A stretch of 63,810 nt of DNA, the filler included, from Octopus bimaculoides (lineage: Eukaryota), in NCBI RefSeq assembly GCF_001194135.2. It is 12 parts of 9 records of this genome, joined end to end, with 100 filler letters (N's around TTAATTAATTAA, not from the genome) between each part and the next. Parts side by side here need not be neighbours in the genome. Positions count along the whole stretch, not along the records: positions 6,642 to 12,762 come from NC_068982.1; positions 12,863 to 15,351 come from NW_026323589.1; positions 15,452 to 21,721 come from NC_068981.1; positions 21,822 to 30,396 come from NC_068985.1; 8 more parts are not named here. One strand, given 5' to 3'. A model generated the notes under the pieces. That model saw only the letters and a program-made list of their open reading frames with translations. It had not been told where the DNA came from and made no database searches. The translations under genes were made by a program, and so were the position numbers. Every line of letters begins with the position of its first letter. The stretch's first letter is position 1. Below, in pieces: positions 12,168-23,731 of the stretch.

Positions 12168-12542
12168 AAAATCTTTTACTTGTTTCAGTCATTAGACTGC
12201 AGCCATGCTGGGGCACTGCCTTCCCGAAGTTTTAGTCGAAGGAATTGACTCCAGCAGTTATTTTTTTTCGTAAACCTGGTACTTGTTCTATCGGCCTTCT
12301 TTGCCGAACTGCTAAGTTACGAGGACGTAAGCACACCAATACTAGTTGTCAAAAGGGTGGGAGATAAACTCAGACACAAACAAACATACACACATAGATA
12401 GATAAATATACATACGACGGGCTTCTTTCAGTTGGTCGGCCCGAAGCGATAGTAGAAGACACTTGCCCAAGGTGCCACGCAGTGGGAATGAATCCGGAAA
12501 CATGTGGTTGTGAAACAAGCTTCTTACCATACACCTGCGCCT
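12168..12542 (-). mobile_element. SINE family C (CORE-like), near full length
   Basis: Reverse complement of 46066-46465, including the gcaccttgggcaagtgtcttc CORE-like block and the internal microsatellite. Confidence 0.88.
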
Positions 12543-13919
12543 GTAAAGATATCTTTTTTTATTCATTATGCAATATTTGTATTACAAAATTCTATATAAA
12601 TGTATGTTTTTGTACAGTACCATGACCTCGTTATGGTGAATAGTTCAGTTTAGTAGTAGGCCACGGCTGGAATGTCGTACACGAGACAAGAACTAACTTG
12701 TAGAGGTTACAATAAGAAAGAAGAACTACACCATGCACCCTCAGTGTGTGTGTGTGTGTGTGNNNNNNNNNNNNNNNNNNNNNNNNNNNNNNNNNNNNNN
12801 NNNNNNTTAATTAATTAANNNNNNNNNNNNNNNNNNNNNNNNNNNNNNNNNNNNNNNNNNNNGAACAAGTTTTGGACGTGAAATACGCCTCAACAATTCT
12901 TAACAATTAAATGAGAAAAAAAAAAAAAAATTCACTTACCGTGAAGAAAGTTTTCGATACGGGATACGCCCAAAAATTTTCACAATTAAGTGAAAACAAA
13001 CTTTTCACTCAAAGTGAACAAATTCTGCCCAACTGCAGGCAAACCAGTGTACAGAATCCAGTAGAGAGTCCTTGTCTGTACAAAAATATTACAAACAACA
13101 AACCCCCACTGGACCCGAAATACAAAAATGTTTACCTTGCATTTGAGCTTGACTTAATTCACCACGCTATCCAGTGTGGCCTAACCTCCTTCAGCGCTTC
13201 GACTGACAGTACGTATGCGTGTGAAGCAAGCTTCTTTATTCAATATTTTTGCCATAAAAGGCATTACACAGAGGGGGACACCACAACACATGTGGGGACA
13301 TATAACAATTAAAAAAATAAAAATAAAATATGATATAATCAATGATACATGAAATTGCACATGAATAACAAATTAAAAATATGATAACATGAATGATATA
13401 TGAAAATGATATTATGAAGAGTGTGCTACTCACACTCACAGAGTAACGTCACTCGCAACCTCTGAGTCCTAAGTCCTTTTTTCTTTCAGTTCAAACCTTT
13501 TTCCTCTTTCTCCATCACTTAATGACATCGTTCTCTCCTCCATTTATTCATAACCTTTTTCATCGGGAGGGGGGGGGNNNNNNNNNNNNNNNNNNNNNNN
13601 NNNNNNNNNNNNNNNNNNNNNNNNNNNNNNNNNNNNNNNNNNNNNNNNNNNNNNNNNNNNNNNNNNNNNNNNNNNNNNNNNNNNNNNNNNNNNNNNNNNN
13701 NNNNNGGGGGGGGGGGGGGTCTTCTAAATTTTCTGGTGTATGTTCTTTCTTTTTTTTCTTTTTTTCTTGTGGGGAAATGGGGTGAGTGGGTTTGTTGTCT
13801 GTATGGGGAGTGTGGGTCTGAGTAGTCTTGGGTAGGATGGAGTTTGACTGGGGTACCACATCACACTCAGTGTTTGTTCTCTTTTCCTTCTTTTTCCTTC
13901 TGCTCTCTGTTGCGCAAGC

Positions 13920-13975
13920 AACCATTTGCTGCTATGTTGGCGTGCTACAGAACTAGTCCGGGAACTGTTTGTATA
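13920..13975 (-). mobile_element. Solo terminal fragment related to the mariner end at ~38340-38385
   Basis: gcgtgctacagaactagtccgggaact matches gcgcgctacagaactagtctcggaact. Confidence 0.55.
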
Positions 13976-14419
13976 TATCTTGGATATAGTATTAAACTAC
14001 GTCTGGTGTTCACACCCCACTTTGGAAGTTCTGGTATTGTGGGGAAGGTGAAGTAAAATTTTCATGACTGTTACTCCCGCAACTGTTCTGGCCCGGAACG
14101 GTAGCACTTTCCAACGATGAAGTATGTGTTAAATAAGCTGCCCAGAGTTAGAGGTGGGGCTAGCTTTATTTTCAACAAAATTGTGTGGAAGGTTGTCTCA
14201 GGAGAAAGATACTGTAGCGTAAAACTAACTGCCAAATTGGTACCATTTATCTTGCAATGCTTGTCAGTGGACCCTATTATGATGACTGAGAGCGTTATAA
14301 AAATATTTTGCAAGCTTTTGTCACTTAAATCTAGTGGAGAACAGATGCCTCACTATAAATGTGAAGCAGCTATCGTTTGACAAGACGAATCACATTTGTA
14401 TAATCGTCATTGTAAATTC

Positions 14420-15130
14420 TATACCTCGCTTTTAAAGAGCACAATTGGACTTCGCAGAAAAAAAAAAATTTCATGTGATATTTCAACACTTCCACTGCAG
14501 ATATTGTTGCAATTTTCAAACATATTCACTTATTCTTCAACGCGTGTTTCCATAATTCAACCTCCATCGAATATACACCTATATCTCTGTGATCGCGCCA
14601 TTGATCTCAATGTTTCACTGAAATCGTTTTCTCTCAATGTCTAAAAGTAAATTCTCTGAATTCGCTATCAAATATTATCACCTCTATTTCGTTTTCTAAA
14701 CAACTTCATCCAACTGCACACAATTTTGCAAAACAATTCACACCAATTTCACACCGTTGGATTTATAAGATATCGTACGCAAGGAAAAATATCCTATAAT
14801 CCGATAGATCCTTATGTAGAACAAAGATATATTCAACCGTAAATTTTATACATTAGCATGGTATAGAAGGTTTTGACTAAAGCTTGTGCTGTTTATTGAC
14901 TGTGTATATAAGATTATCTGCCCGCCAATATTCCATATATCGATGACGCCTGTATCATCTGTAATGCATTACAGAATAGATCAGCTATAACAGCAGACTT
15001 TTTCAAATATTCAGGCGAAATATTATTGTTGTAGAAAACCTCAAGAGTAGTGACTTCTTACATGATTCCCTTAATCTCAACATTTTCGAATTTTTCCCCA
15101 TACATTAATAATTTTAAATCCCATCCACAA
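14420..15130 (-). mobile_element. Very old LINE RT remnant, possibly RTE-like
   Basis: Minus-strand fragments CITDDTGVI (YADD-like) and VELWKHALKN (FEMW.-like) lie in the correct order. Many stops. Confidence 0.28.
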
Positions 15131-15695
15131 AATATCAGAAAACCAGTTAAGTATATTTCTCTCTAGTTCGCCAAACTCACCTCCAACATACAAAAAAAGC
15201 TTTTTCCAGATGATTCAAAATGTTATATCAATATCTTCAAGCAAAGTCGATAACAAGAATAAGATATTTTGATATCAGTATCTTACGATTCACACAAACA
15301 TATACACACGCGCAAAGACACACACACACATATGTATATATATATATATATNNNNNNNNNNNNNNNNNNNNNNNNNNNNNNNNNNNNNNNNNNNNTTAAT
15401 TAATTAANNNNNNNNNNNNNNNNNNNNNNNNNNNNNNNNNNNNNNNNNNNNATAAACAATAAAGATTAATTATTAATCAAATATTATTAATCAAAAATAA
15501 TCGAAAATATATCAACACTATTCAAATCAAAGTTCTAATATTATGTTGAAATGAAACTATAACTTCTAAATAATTTAGTGTTAAATAAGTTACCTATTAA
15601 AAATAATCTATAAAGAACCAAATGAATAATATAAAAAACAAGAATACATTTCATGCAAGATGAAATTTAGTAACAGCCATACGCTGTAGTCCCTT

Positions 15696-16128
15696 AAGGC
15701 GGTGACCTAGCAGAATCGTTAGCATGCCGGGCAAAATGCCTAGTAGCATTTCGTTTGTCTTTACGTTCTGAGTTCAAATACCACCGAAGTCGACTTTGCC
15801 TTTCATCCTTTCGGGGTCGATAAATAAAGTACCAATGAAACCCTGCGGTCGATGTAATTAACTAGACCGCTCCCCCAAAATTCAGGCCTTGTGCTTTTAG
15901 TAGAAAAGATTATTTCAAAAGTGGAATGCTAGCAGAATCCTTTGCACGCTAGGCATAGTGCTTAGCGGCATTTAGTCCGTCTTCGTGTTATGAGTTCAAA
16001 TTCTGTCGAAGTCGACTTTGCCCTTCATCATTTCGAGATTGATGTTAATACCAGTTGAACACTGAGGTCGATGTAATCGACTAGTCCTCCTCCCCCAAAT
16101 TTCAGGCCTTGTGCCTATAGTAGAAAGA
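15696..16128 (+). mobile_element. Tandem dimer of SINE family M (15696-15913 and 15921-16128)
   Basis: Two consecutive copies of the family M body. Confidence 0.85.
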
Positions 16129-16651
16129 ACTACTACTATTATTTCAGTATTGTATCGGCAGATTTAGTAGAGTGGTAGGCAAGATTTAAATGTACTCTTT
16201 TACATTAGGATTTCAAAACTAGACAGGCTCAGTTTTACCATCACATTGGTGACAAGTGAAGTGGTAAATTTAGTTCCAGTGGATTACTGTAATCGATTTA
16301 ATCGATTATAATCTTTCAAAATGTATGTAGTATGTGCTGAAATTAGTAATCATCACCATGGTGATGATGAGGATGATGATCATCATCATCGTCGTCGTCT
16401 TAACCATCTTCACCAACACCATCATTGTTACCACGTTCATAGGCATCGGCGTAATAAACAGTCATTGCTATTAACATAACTCTTTTTTAATCATCAACAT
16501 AACTATTCTACATAGTGGAGAGGTTTTCAGTTCAAATGTTGCAGGGGTTATGTTTGTGTTTCGTCCTACCGGGTTGAGTGTAGGTTGGTGTCATTGACTA
16601 GTTCCAGTTTCACCTCTCACAAAATGATGGTGACCTTATGCTACGACGACG

Positions 16652-16652
16652 T

Positions 16653-16684
<32 letters not shown>

Positions 16685-16685
16685 G

Positions 16686-16758
<73 letters not shown>

Positions 16759-16805
16759 AAGCAGCAGCAGCAGCGGCAGAAGTACGAGTAAAAAGTAGTA
16801 GTAAT
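16652..16805. repeat. Triplet microsatellite with unit switching (GTA)n(GTG)n(GTA)n(GCA)n
   Basis: Directly visible. Confidence 0.95.
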
Positions 16806-17369
16806 TGTTGTATTTGCTACTGTTTATATTATTGGCACGTGGTAAGGAATAGTGTTCATAGTGTTGTTGCTGTTGATTAAAGCAGCCTTTGACAAGTGAA
16901 ACTGCTTTTTTGTGTTCTACATATATTGTACCCGTTGATGAACAAGCTTCCCCACCGAAACAATGTTAGCCTTTGTTCTTTAACAAAAGACTAAGAATTT
17001 GCTGAATTCCTGACGTTAGGTGGCTTAGATTTTCTTCTAGACACACTGTTTGTATGTGTACAAGCATGAGTGTGTAAGTGTGTACATGTGTGTGTTTGCG
17101 TGCGCAAAGGTGTGTACGCGTGTTTGTGTATTTCTATTGATTTTCGAAGGTTTTCTATCAAATTCAACTATTGTCTTTCTGTAGATGCTATCTGTATATC
17201 TGTTGTTTTGTACTTATCTTGTTAATTTTGTCGTATTTTGTTGTATTTTGTTGGTTTTGCTAATGCAAATATTCTTTTCGTTGCTGTTAATGTTGTACCC
17301 ACTTTTTCTTTCAACTCTGACTTGATTCCTAAATTATATATATTTTTTACGGTATCTCATTTCAAAATC

Positions 17370-17985
17370 ACAATGTTGTTGTTGTTGTTGTTGTTGTTGT
17401 CGCTGTTGTTTCGTTATTTTCATTTTATTTAATCTTTTTACTGAAACTTATTCTCCAGGTTTTCATTTGTGTCTTTTACGGCTCTTGCTCCTGCTACTAC
17501 ATGCTGCTGCCGTTCTGTTGATTCTATTGTTACTGTTGTTGTTGTTGTTGCTGCATCAGCTGGTGCTGCTGCTGCCATAATTGTTCGTGTTGTTGTTGTT
17601 GTTGCTGCTGCTGCTGTTGTTTTTGTTGTTATTGTTGTAATTACTGCAACCATTTATTTTTATATTTATTTTCCCCGCACCGGAGTTATATTTGTATTAT
17701 TATTATTATTATTATTATTAGCTTTGTTACAGTGCTTATTCTGCAGTTGATGCTGTTGTTCTTAATGGTAGATTTGTACTACTGCAACTGTTTTCTTTTG
17801 TACCTGTGTTGCTGTTACACAAACCAATATTATTGAAATTATATATATATATATATATATTGCAGTTGTTGTTATTTTGCTTGTTGCTACTGTTGCTACT
17901 GTTGCTACTGGTGTGGTAGCGACTAATGTTGATTACTTGTGGAAATTATTGTTGTTGATTTTGCTACCGTTATCATTGTTGTTTC
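17370..17985. repeat. Degenerate (GTT/GCT/TAT)n low-complexity tract upstream of the nAChR acceptor
   Basis: Directly visible. Confidence 0.85.
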
Positions 17986-18059
17986 AACAGACAATTTTCA
18001 GTTTTATTGTTTCTTCGTTTAACACTATCTTTTCCATGTAGTATTTGCTAATGACTAAT

Positions 18060-18103
18060 TTCTTGTATTTTTGTCTTTCTTTTTTTGCTCAATCTCTCTC
18101 TAG
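18060..18103 (+). promoter_or_regulatory. 3' splice acceptor of the nAChR last exon
   Basis: ttcttgtatttttgtctttctttttttgctcaatctctctctag immediately precedes the coding frame. Confidence 0.88.
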
Positions 18104-18490
18104 GAAATGAATCCCACACTTAGCCAGCAACAATCGATGATTCGAGAAACACGCTTTCACGGGGATCTAGAAACCAGCAATGGCGGTATTCTGTCGCCCA
18201 GATTCAGTCGGCTGCGCGGTTTGCAAAGTCGCTTAACGTCGCCCACACACTCAAGTGATGACTTTGAGAGACAGTTCAAAAGAGTCCTTACAAAAGTATA
18301 TCAAACGATAGAGCGAAACGAAATACGTCTCGCGGAACAAGACCGCAGAGATGTTATAAAATTGGAATGGCAGCAGGTGGCGCAGATAGTTGATCGTCTG
18401 TTCCTCACTATCTTCGTATGCGTTACAATACTTATCACCTGTATTGTCATGTTCAAAGCTCCTCATTCAACTGAGAGTCTTATCAGTTGA
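18104..18490 (+). CDS. Terminal coding exon of a nicotinic acetylcholine receptor (Cys-loop LGIC) subunit: distal cytoplasmic loop, MA helix, TM4
   Basis: Long polypyrimidine tract and TAG acceptor ending at 18103, then in-frame GAA ATG (phase 0). Translation ends FERQFKRVLTKVYQTIERNEIRLAEQDRRDVIKLEWQQVAQIVDRLFLTIFVCVTILITCIVMFKAP, the EWxxVAxxxDR-TM4 signature of cationic nAChR subunits. Stop TGA at 18488-18490. Subunit identity cannot be fixed from this exon alone. Confidence 0.93.
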   Translation, partial: EMNPTLSQQQSMIRETRFHGDLETSNGGILSPRFSRLRGLQSRLTSPTHSSDDFERQFKRVLTKVYQTIERNEIRLAEQDRRDVIKLEWQQVAQIVDRLFLTIFVCVTILITCIVMFKAPHSTESLIS

Positions 18491-19056
18491 CTGGTATAAG
18501 GATTTTTTTTTAAATGGACAAAATTCACAATTAATTCGCAGTGATAATGACTTGTGTTTGTTAAAGGTGGCAATTCGGATAAGTGATATAACAAATGTGA
18601 CCATATATCTTGGAGTTAAAAACGGGACTATTTGTTTATTTTGTCGTTGAATATACAGAATTAGTAAGATATTCTGATTTCCTGCAAAAAGCGAAATAGT
18701 TTTCGACTATGTGAAGCTTACTATATGCAGCTAATATTGACAAAATGACAAATAATATACAGTGATTTAATAGATAATTATGAGGGTTCTCCTCAAAAAT
18801 GTGACATGATATTAGTCTAATGTTTTATTAGCAACACTGAATAGTTGCTGTTTTTCAAAAAAAACAAAAAAAAAACCAGAAAAAACTAGTTGTATGAATC
18901 ACTGACAAGCTGTACGAAAATTATTTTTTGAAAAATAATTTACAAAAATTACGAATATCTTTCGAATTTAAGAACTTTCTTACTTAAATCTTAATTTTCT
19001 AATGAGTATTAACTCTATAAAATTATACAAGATTTGAGGCTTTAAAAATGATTAGC

Positions 19057-19096
<40 letters not shown>

Positions 19097-21299
19097 TGTG
19101 AGACACAGTGCTCTTACAACATTTAGTTGACAATCTCGTTTGTCCTGAGAAATATTGGTCACTACAGTTTGGTCACTCTAGGTATACCCTTCGTCTTACA
19201 ATCTATATCAAACACTCAATTTTTTGTCACTCGATGGGAATATGTATCGATAATGGGAACACAAGGAAGGATATCTGGTCATGAAGATGAATCGAAGGTT
19301 GAAGATAAAATTTTAAAATATATTGCTTTTCATTAAAACAAACAATTCAACTTAGATTTAAAATTCTAAATAGAATTCTAGACTTTGCTACGCTTAAATC
19401 TTTCTTTAAAATATTATTGAAAGAAGTTCTTTATATTGTTTATATATTTTTCATTTGTATTAATTATAGACTTTGGAATATATACCCCGTTATTAACAAA
19501 TATGATAATGTGAAAATTCTAGGGGTTGTCTTTGTCACCTGCCTAAGATAAATATTATATTAGCTAATAGAAATGGCGGGATATTTGTTACAATTTCAGC
19601 ATTACAATGATGATAAGCATTTCCCATAATTACTTGGTTGGTGTAAATTATGCGCAAAATCCCAAATCTTTCTGAATGAAAAATTGTCGCCTACTGATAA
19701 AAGCAATCATGACACTTAAACAGTTAAAAAGAAAAACACACGCACAATTCAGATACAAAGAGATGTATTCATTCTTGCATGAACACATGTACGCATGCAC
19801 ACGCGTACACTCATTATAATCAATAAGGTATTAATTAGAACGAATTTAATTACGATTTACATGAATATATAGTCAAGCAATGGCAGAAGCATTCAGATTC
19901 AAACATTTAGCTAAACGAAATCTATTTAGATATTCAATGCTGTAACATACACATGTATGAGTGTGTACATATTTACCTGTACTCAGTCATATATACATTA
20001 AAATATGCTACACCAAAGGACTAATAATATATAACAAATAAGATAAATTTTGAAATTTGTGACTTGTGTTTCAATGATTTGTGTCTAAAACGTAAGTATC
20101 TTTAGTTTATATCAGCCACAGAGGTATTCTTTCTCCTCATGTTGTATTTATAAATTTACACTCGAAATGGCTGCAGTAAATTAATGGAACTTTAAGTAGA
20201 CTGTTAATGTTAATCCTCCAAACCGAATAGAACAAAATCATAATCGGTGTATGGTGCTAAAATTAAAGCTTGCTCACCCGCTTTGAGAGAAAGGCAATCA
20301 TAACAGTCGGCATGTAGCCAACAATCAATATTTCTACAGATGAATTTATTTGTTCTTATGTACATACATGCCTACACACATATACATGCATACATATGCA
20401 TATTCGTGGTTTGTTTTCTCTCTCTACCTCTCAATATCTATAATCTGTCTCAATTTAAGAGGAGCAGTTTTATTGCTCTCGAAAGTAATTACTCGTCGTT
20501 ATAACAAAAACTATTATGAACAAGGATATGTCTTCCAAGTGGCCAAGATTCGAGTGATTTTACAAAATCTACAGAAAATAACCTGAAACAATCATTTGTT
20601 TTGGTCAAGCACATGTATATAATCCGTTCTAGTTCCAACTTTGTTTGCTCTTTGTTGAAGCATTGGTATCTAGGCAAAACATATGTACATAATTTGTTTG
20701 GGGCCAAGTTTGATTCCTCATTGTTTAGGTCTATGTAAAATTGCACATTGGCAAGATTATAGAGCGTAGGTAGTACAACTTAATCCAAAATGTTATTTCT
20801 ATTGACGACCAGAGACGAAAAAGACAATTAAACATACATTAATTACACTTTATATAGCAAATATTATAGACAGTTTACGTTAATGTGTTTGAGCGAATCT
20901 ATAAATGGAGAAATATGCATATGCATATATATATATATATATATATATANNNNNNNNNNNNNNNNNNNNNNNNNNNNNNNNNNNNNNNNNNNNNNNNNNN
21001 NNNNNNNNNNNNNNNNNNNNNNNNCATACATACATACATACATACATACATACATAAGTGTATACGTGTGTGCGTATGTCATATTACTTGATATATTATA
21101 CTTTGCAAGATGTATTTTGATAACACCGCTGGCCAATCACCGAATGCTGGATTTTTCAATGCTCTTTATCAATATCCACACAACAGCAACAATTAAATTT
21201 CCTTTCCTGATATTTTACTTTGCTGCAGTTTAACTACATATCTTTAAACATAAAACAGCAGTTTTGTTTTCCTGCGGGAATTTGAAGAATATACTGGTT

Positions 21300-21510
21300 T
21301 CAGATTTTGGCACAAGGCCAGGAATCTTGAGGGAGGGGTTACACCGATTATATCAACCCCAGGACTTAGCTAGTATTTATTTTATCGACCGAAATGGATG
21401 GAAGATTAATTCGATCAGGGCGGGATTTAAACTCAGAATGTAAAGACGGATGAAATATCACTAAGGATTTCGTCTAATGTGCTGATGATTATGCTTGCTC
21501 ACCACCTTTA
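21300..21510 (-). mobile_element. SINE family M, diverged
   Basis: ggcacaaggcc...ttttatcgacc...aaactcagaatgtaaagacggatgaaat...ctcaccacctt is the reverse complement of family M. Confidence 0.75.
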
Positions 21511-21634
21511 GAATATGAAGCTACTGCAAGCGTTACATGTTAATTAGTTTATACTGTCAGTAATGTGTTTACACATTTTTTACTCTTAAAAATAACATTA
21601 GTCCACAAGCTATCTATCTAGCTATCTGACTAGG

Positions 21635-21696
<62 letters not shown>

Positions 21697-21821
21697 CCTA
21701 CCTATATATATATTTATATATNNNNNNNNNNNNNNNNNNNNNNNNNNNNNNNNNNNNNNNNNNNNTTAATTAATTAANNNNNNNNNNNNNNNNNNNNNNN
21801 NNNNNNNNNNNNNNNNNNNNN

Positions 21822-21858
<37 letters not shown>

Positions 21859-21865
21859 CACACAC

Positions 21866-21898
<33 letters not shown>

Positions 21899-23688
21899 CA
21901 TGTATATACACACACATTTGCATATTCCTACTTCCATTCATATACACACACGCATACACACACATATACATACACACATATGTTACGGAAGAACCGCCAC
22001 TATCAAAATTAAAGTGTACTCCTTTCTCTGTAACGTAATCCCAAATATTCTTAAAAGTTCACTTATATTCTTACACATTAATTGATTAACACACATTGTT
22101 CAATATTCATAGATATCCTATTTCCCTTATATCCTTTTAAACACATTGGTATCTACAGGTCTTCTGATTTCCACATCAAAACACGTTCTTCTCTCTTGTC
22201 CCTCAAACCGGTTTTGTATTTCCAGGAAATTGACTGCGTGAGTTGCAGAATAGCATTGGTAAGTATGGTGTATTGGATTTTTCTGTTGTTCTACTAGACT
22301 TGTAAATGCGAAAAATTCGTTGTCGCTCAACAAATCACCACCACGGTCAATTTTATTCACCAAACGCCTATGTGTTGAGGGGAAGAGCAAATCAAAATAG
22401 CGGGAGTGTATTTGATGGCGTGTGGATAATGAGAAGAAAAGTAATAGTGGAACTGTTCGACTTCTGTATAAAGAACTAATATGGCCGACAGAATATTTAT
22501 TGGTAATTGATTCAAATAGCAAACGTAGCCAAACAGAGAAACATTAAATGAGCCCTAAAATGGTACAAGTAAAAATATATAGGAAGATATTTACAGATAT
22601 GTGTCTACATACACATACTTACAAAAACATATACAAAATGTATAGGAAAATATTTGCGGATATGTATCTACATAGACAAGCATATAAACACACAGACACG
22701 TACGCAACAGAGATACACTCCACCCTTATGCATGTGTGTGAATGTGTTTTGTGCATGTGTGTGCACGTGTGTATATGTGCGTTTATGTCCGTTCGTGCTG
22801 TTGGGTACGTGAGTTTGTGCGTGTGTGTGTGTGTATGTGTGTGTGTGTGCGTGTGTGTGTCCAATATCATACCAAACAAAATATGAACCCCTTATAATTT
22901 TCGCAGAATATTGAAGGAAAACCATGTCATCTTCTGCATATTGTTAAATGATTGTCTGCACTCGTCGCTTTTTTTTCTTATTTACTTTAATGTTATTGAA
23001 TAACGTGCTACACATGGCATGCTAGATTTCCAAGAATTCTTCAATTGTCAGTTTTACTTTATTTCTTTCAGACGACAACAACTAAGCTTGGCAAATTTAT
23101 TGTCACTGCGAAGGTGACTCCATTCTTGTTATAAATTTATGTCATAAATACAAGATCATAAAGATAGTGTGTCATAGTTTATAAAGAATACGATTTCCAC
23201 AAAAACAGATACGACAAAGACAAACAAAAATGTATATAAATTGCTTATAAGAGCAGATTATGATATTGATTAAATTAGAGGCATCCTGAGAACTAATGGT
23301 GCGAAGTGTAATATTTATGTATTTATAAATATCTTTACAGGAGCGTCCACCTTTCCTACACTCTAATATAACATTACTGAAATGATATTTTTTTTCAGAT
23401 TAAAACTGGCACGCATATTTAGGTAGACCGTCTGTTCTTTCTAATTTGTCTGAATGCTTTAGTCTCAACTGATATTTAAAGACCATATTGAACAAGCAAC
23501 GTATGATAATATCTGAGCGTTATAAATCACTAATTTGCAAGTGTTCTTCCCCCGTAGATGTCTTGTTCAATTATTTATATCATGAATATAGCTTCGTTCA
23601 TCATCAGTTAAGAAAAATCTTACACAAACATACATTCACATACACAAGTGTTCTTTTCTCTCTCTCTCTCTATCTCTCTCTCTCTCTC

Positions 23689-23731
<43 letters not shown>

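Noticed and set aside
13562-13720. Poly-G runs flanking a gap (G-quadruplex idea)
   Set aside because: The interior is unsequenced, and homopolymer ends are unreliable.
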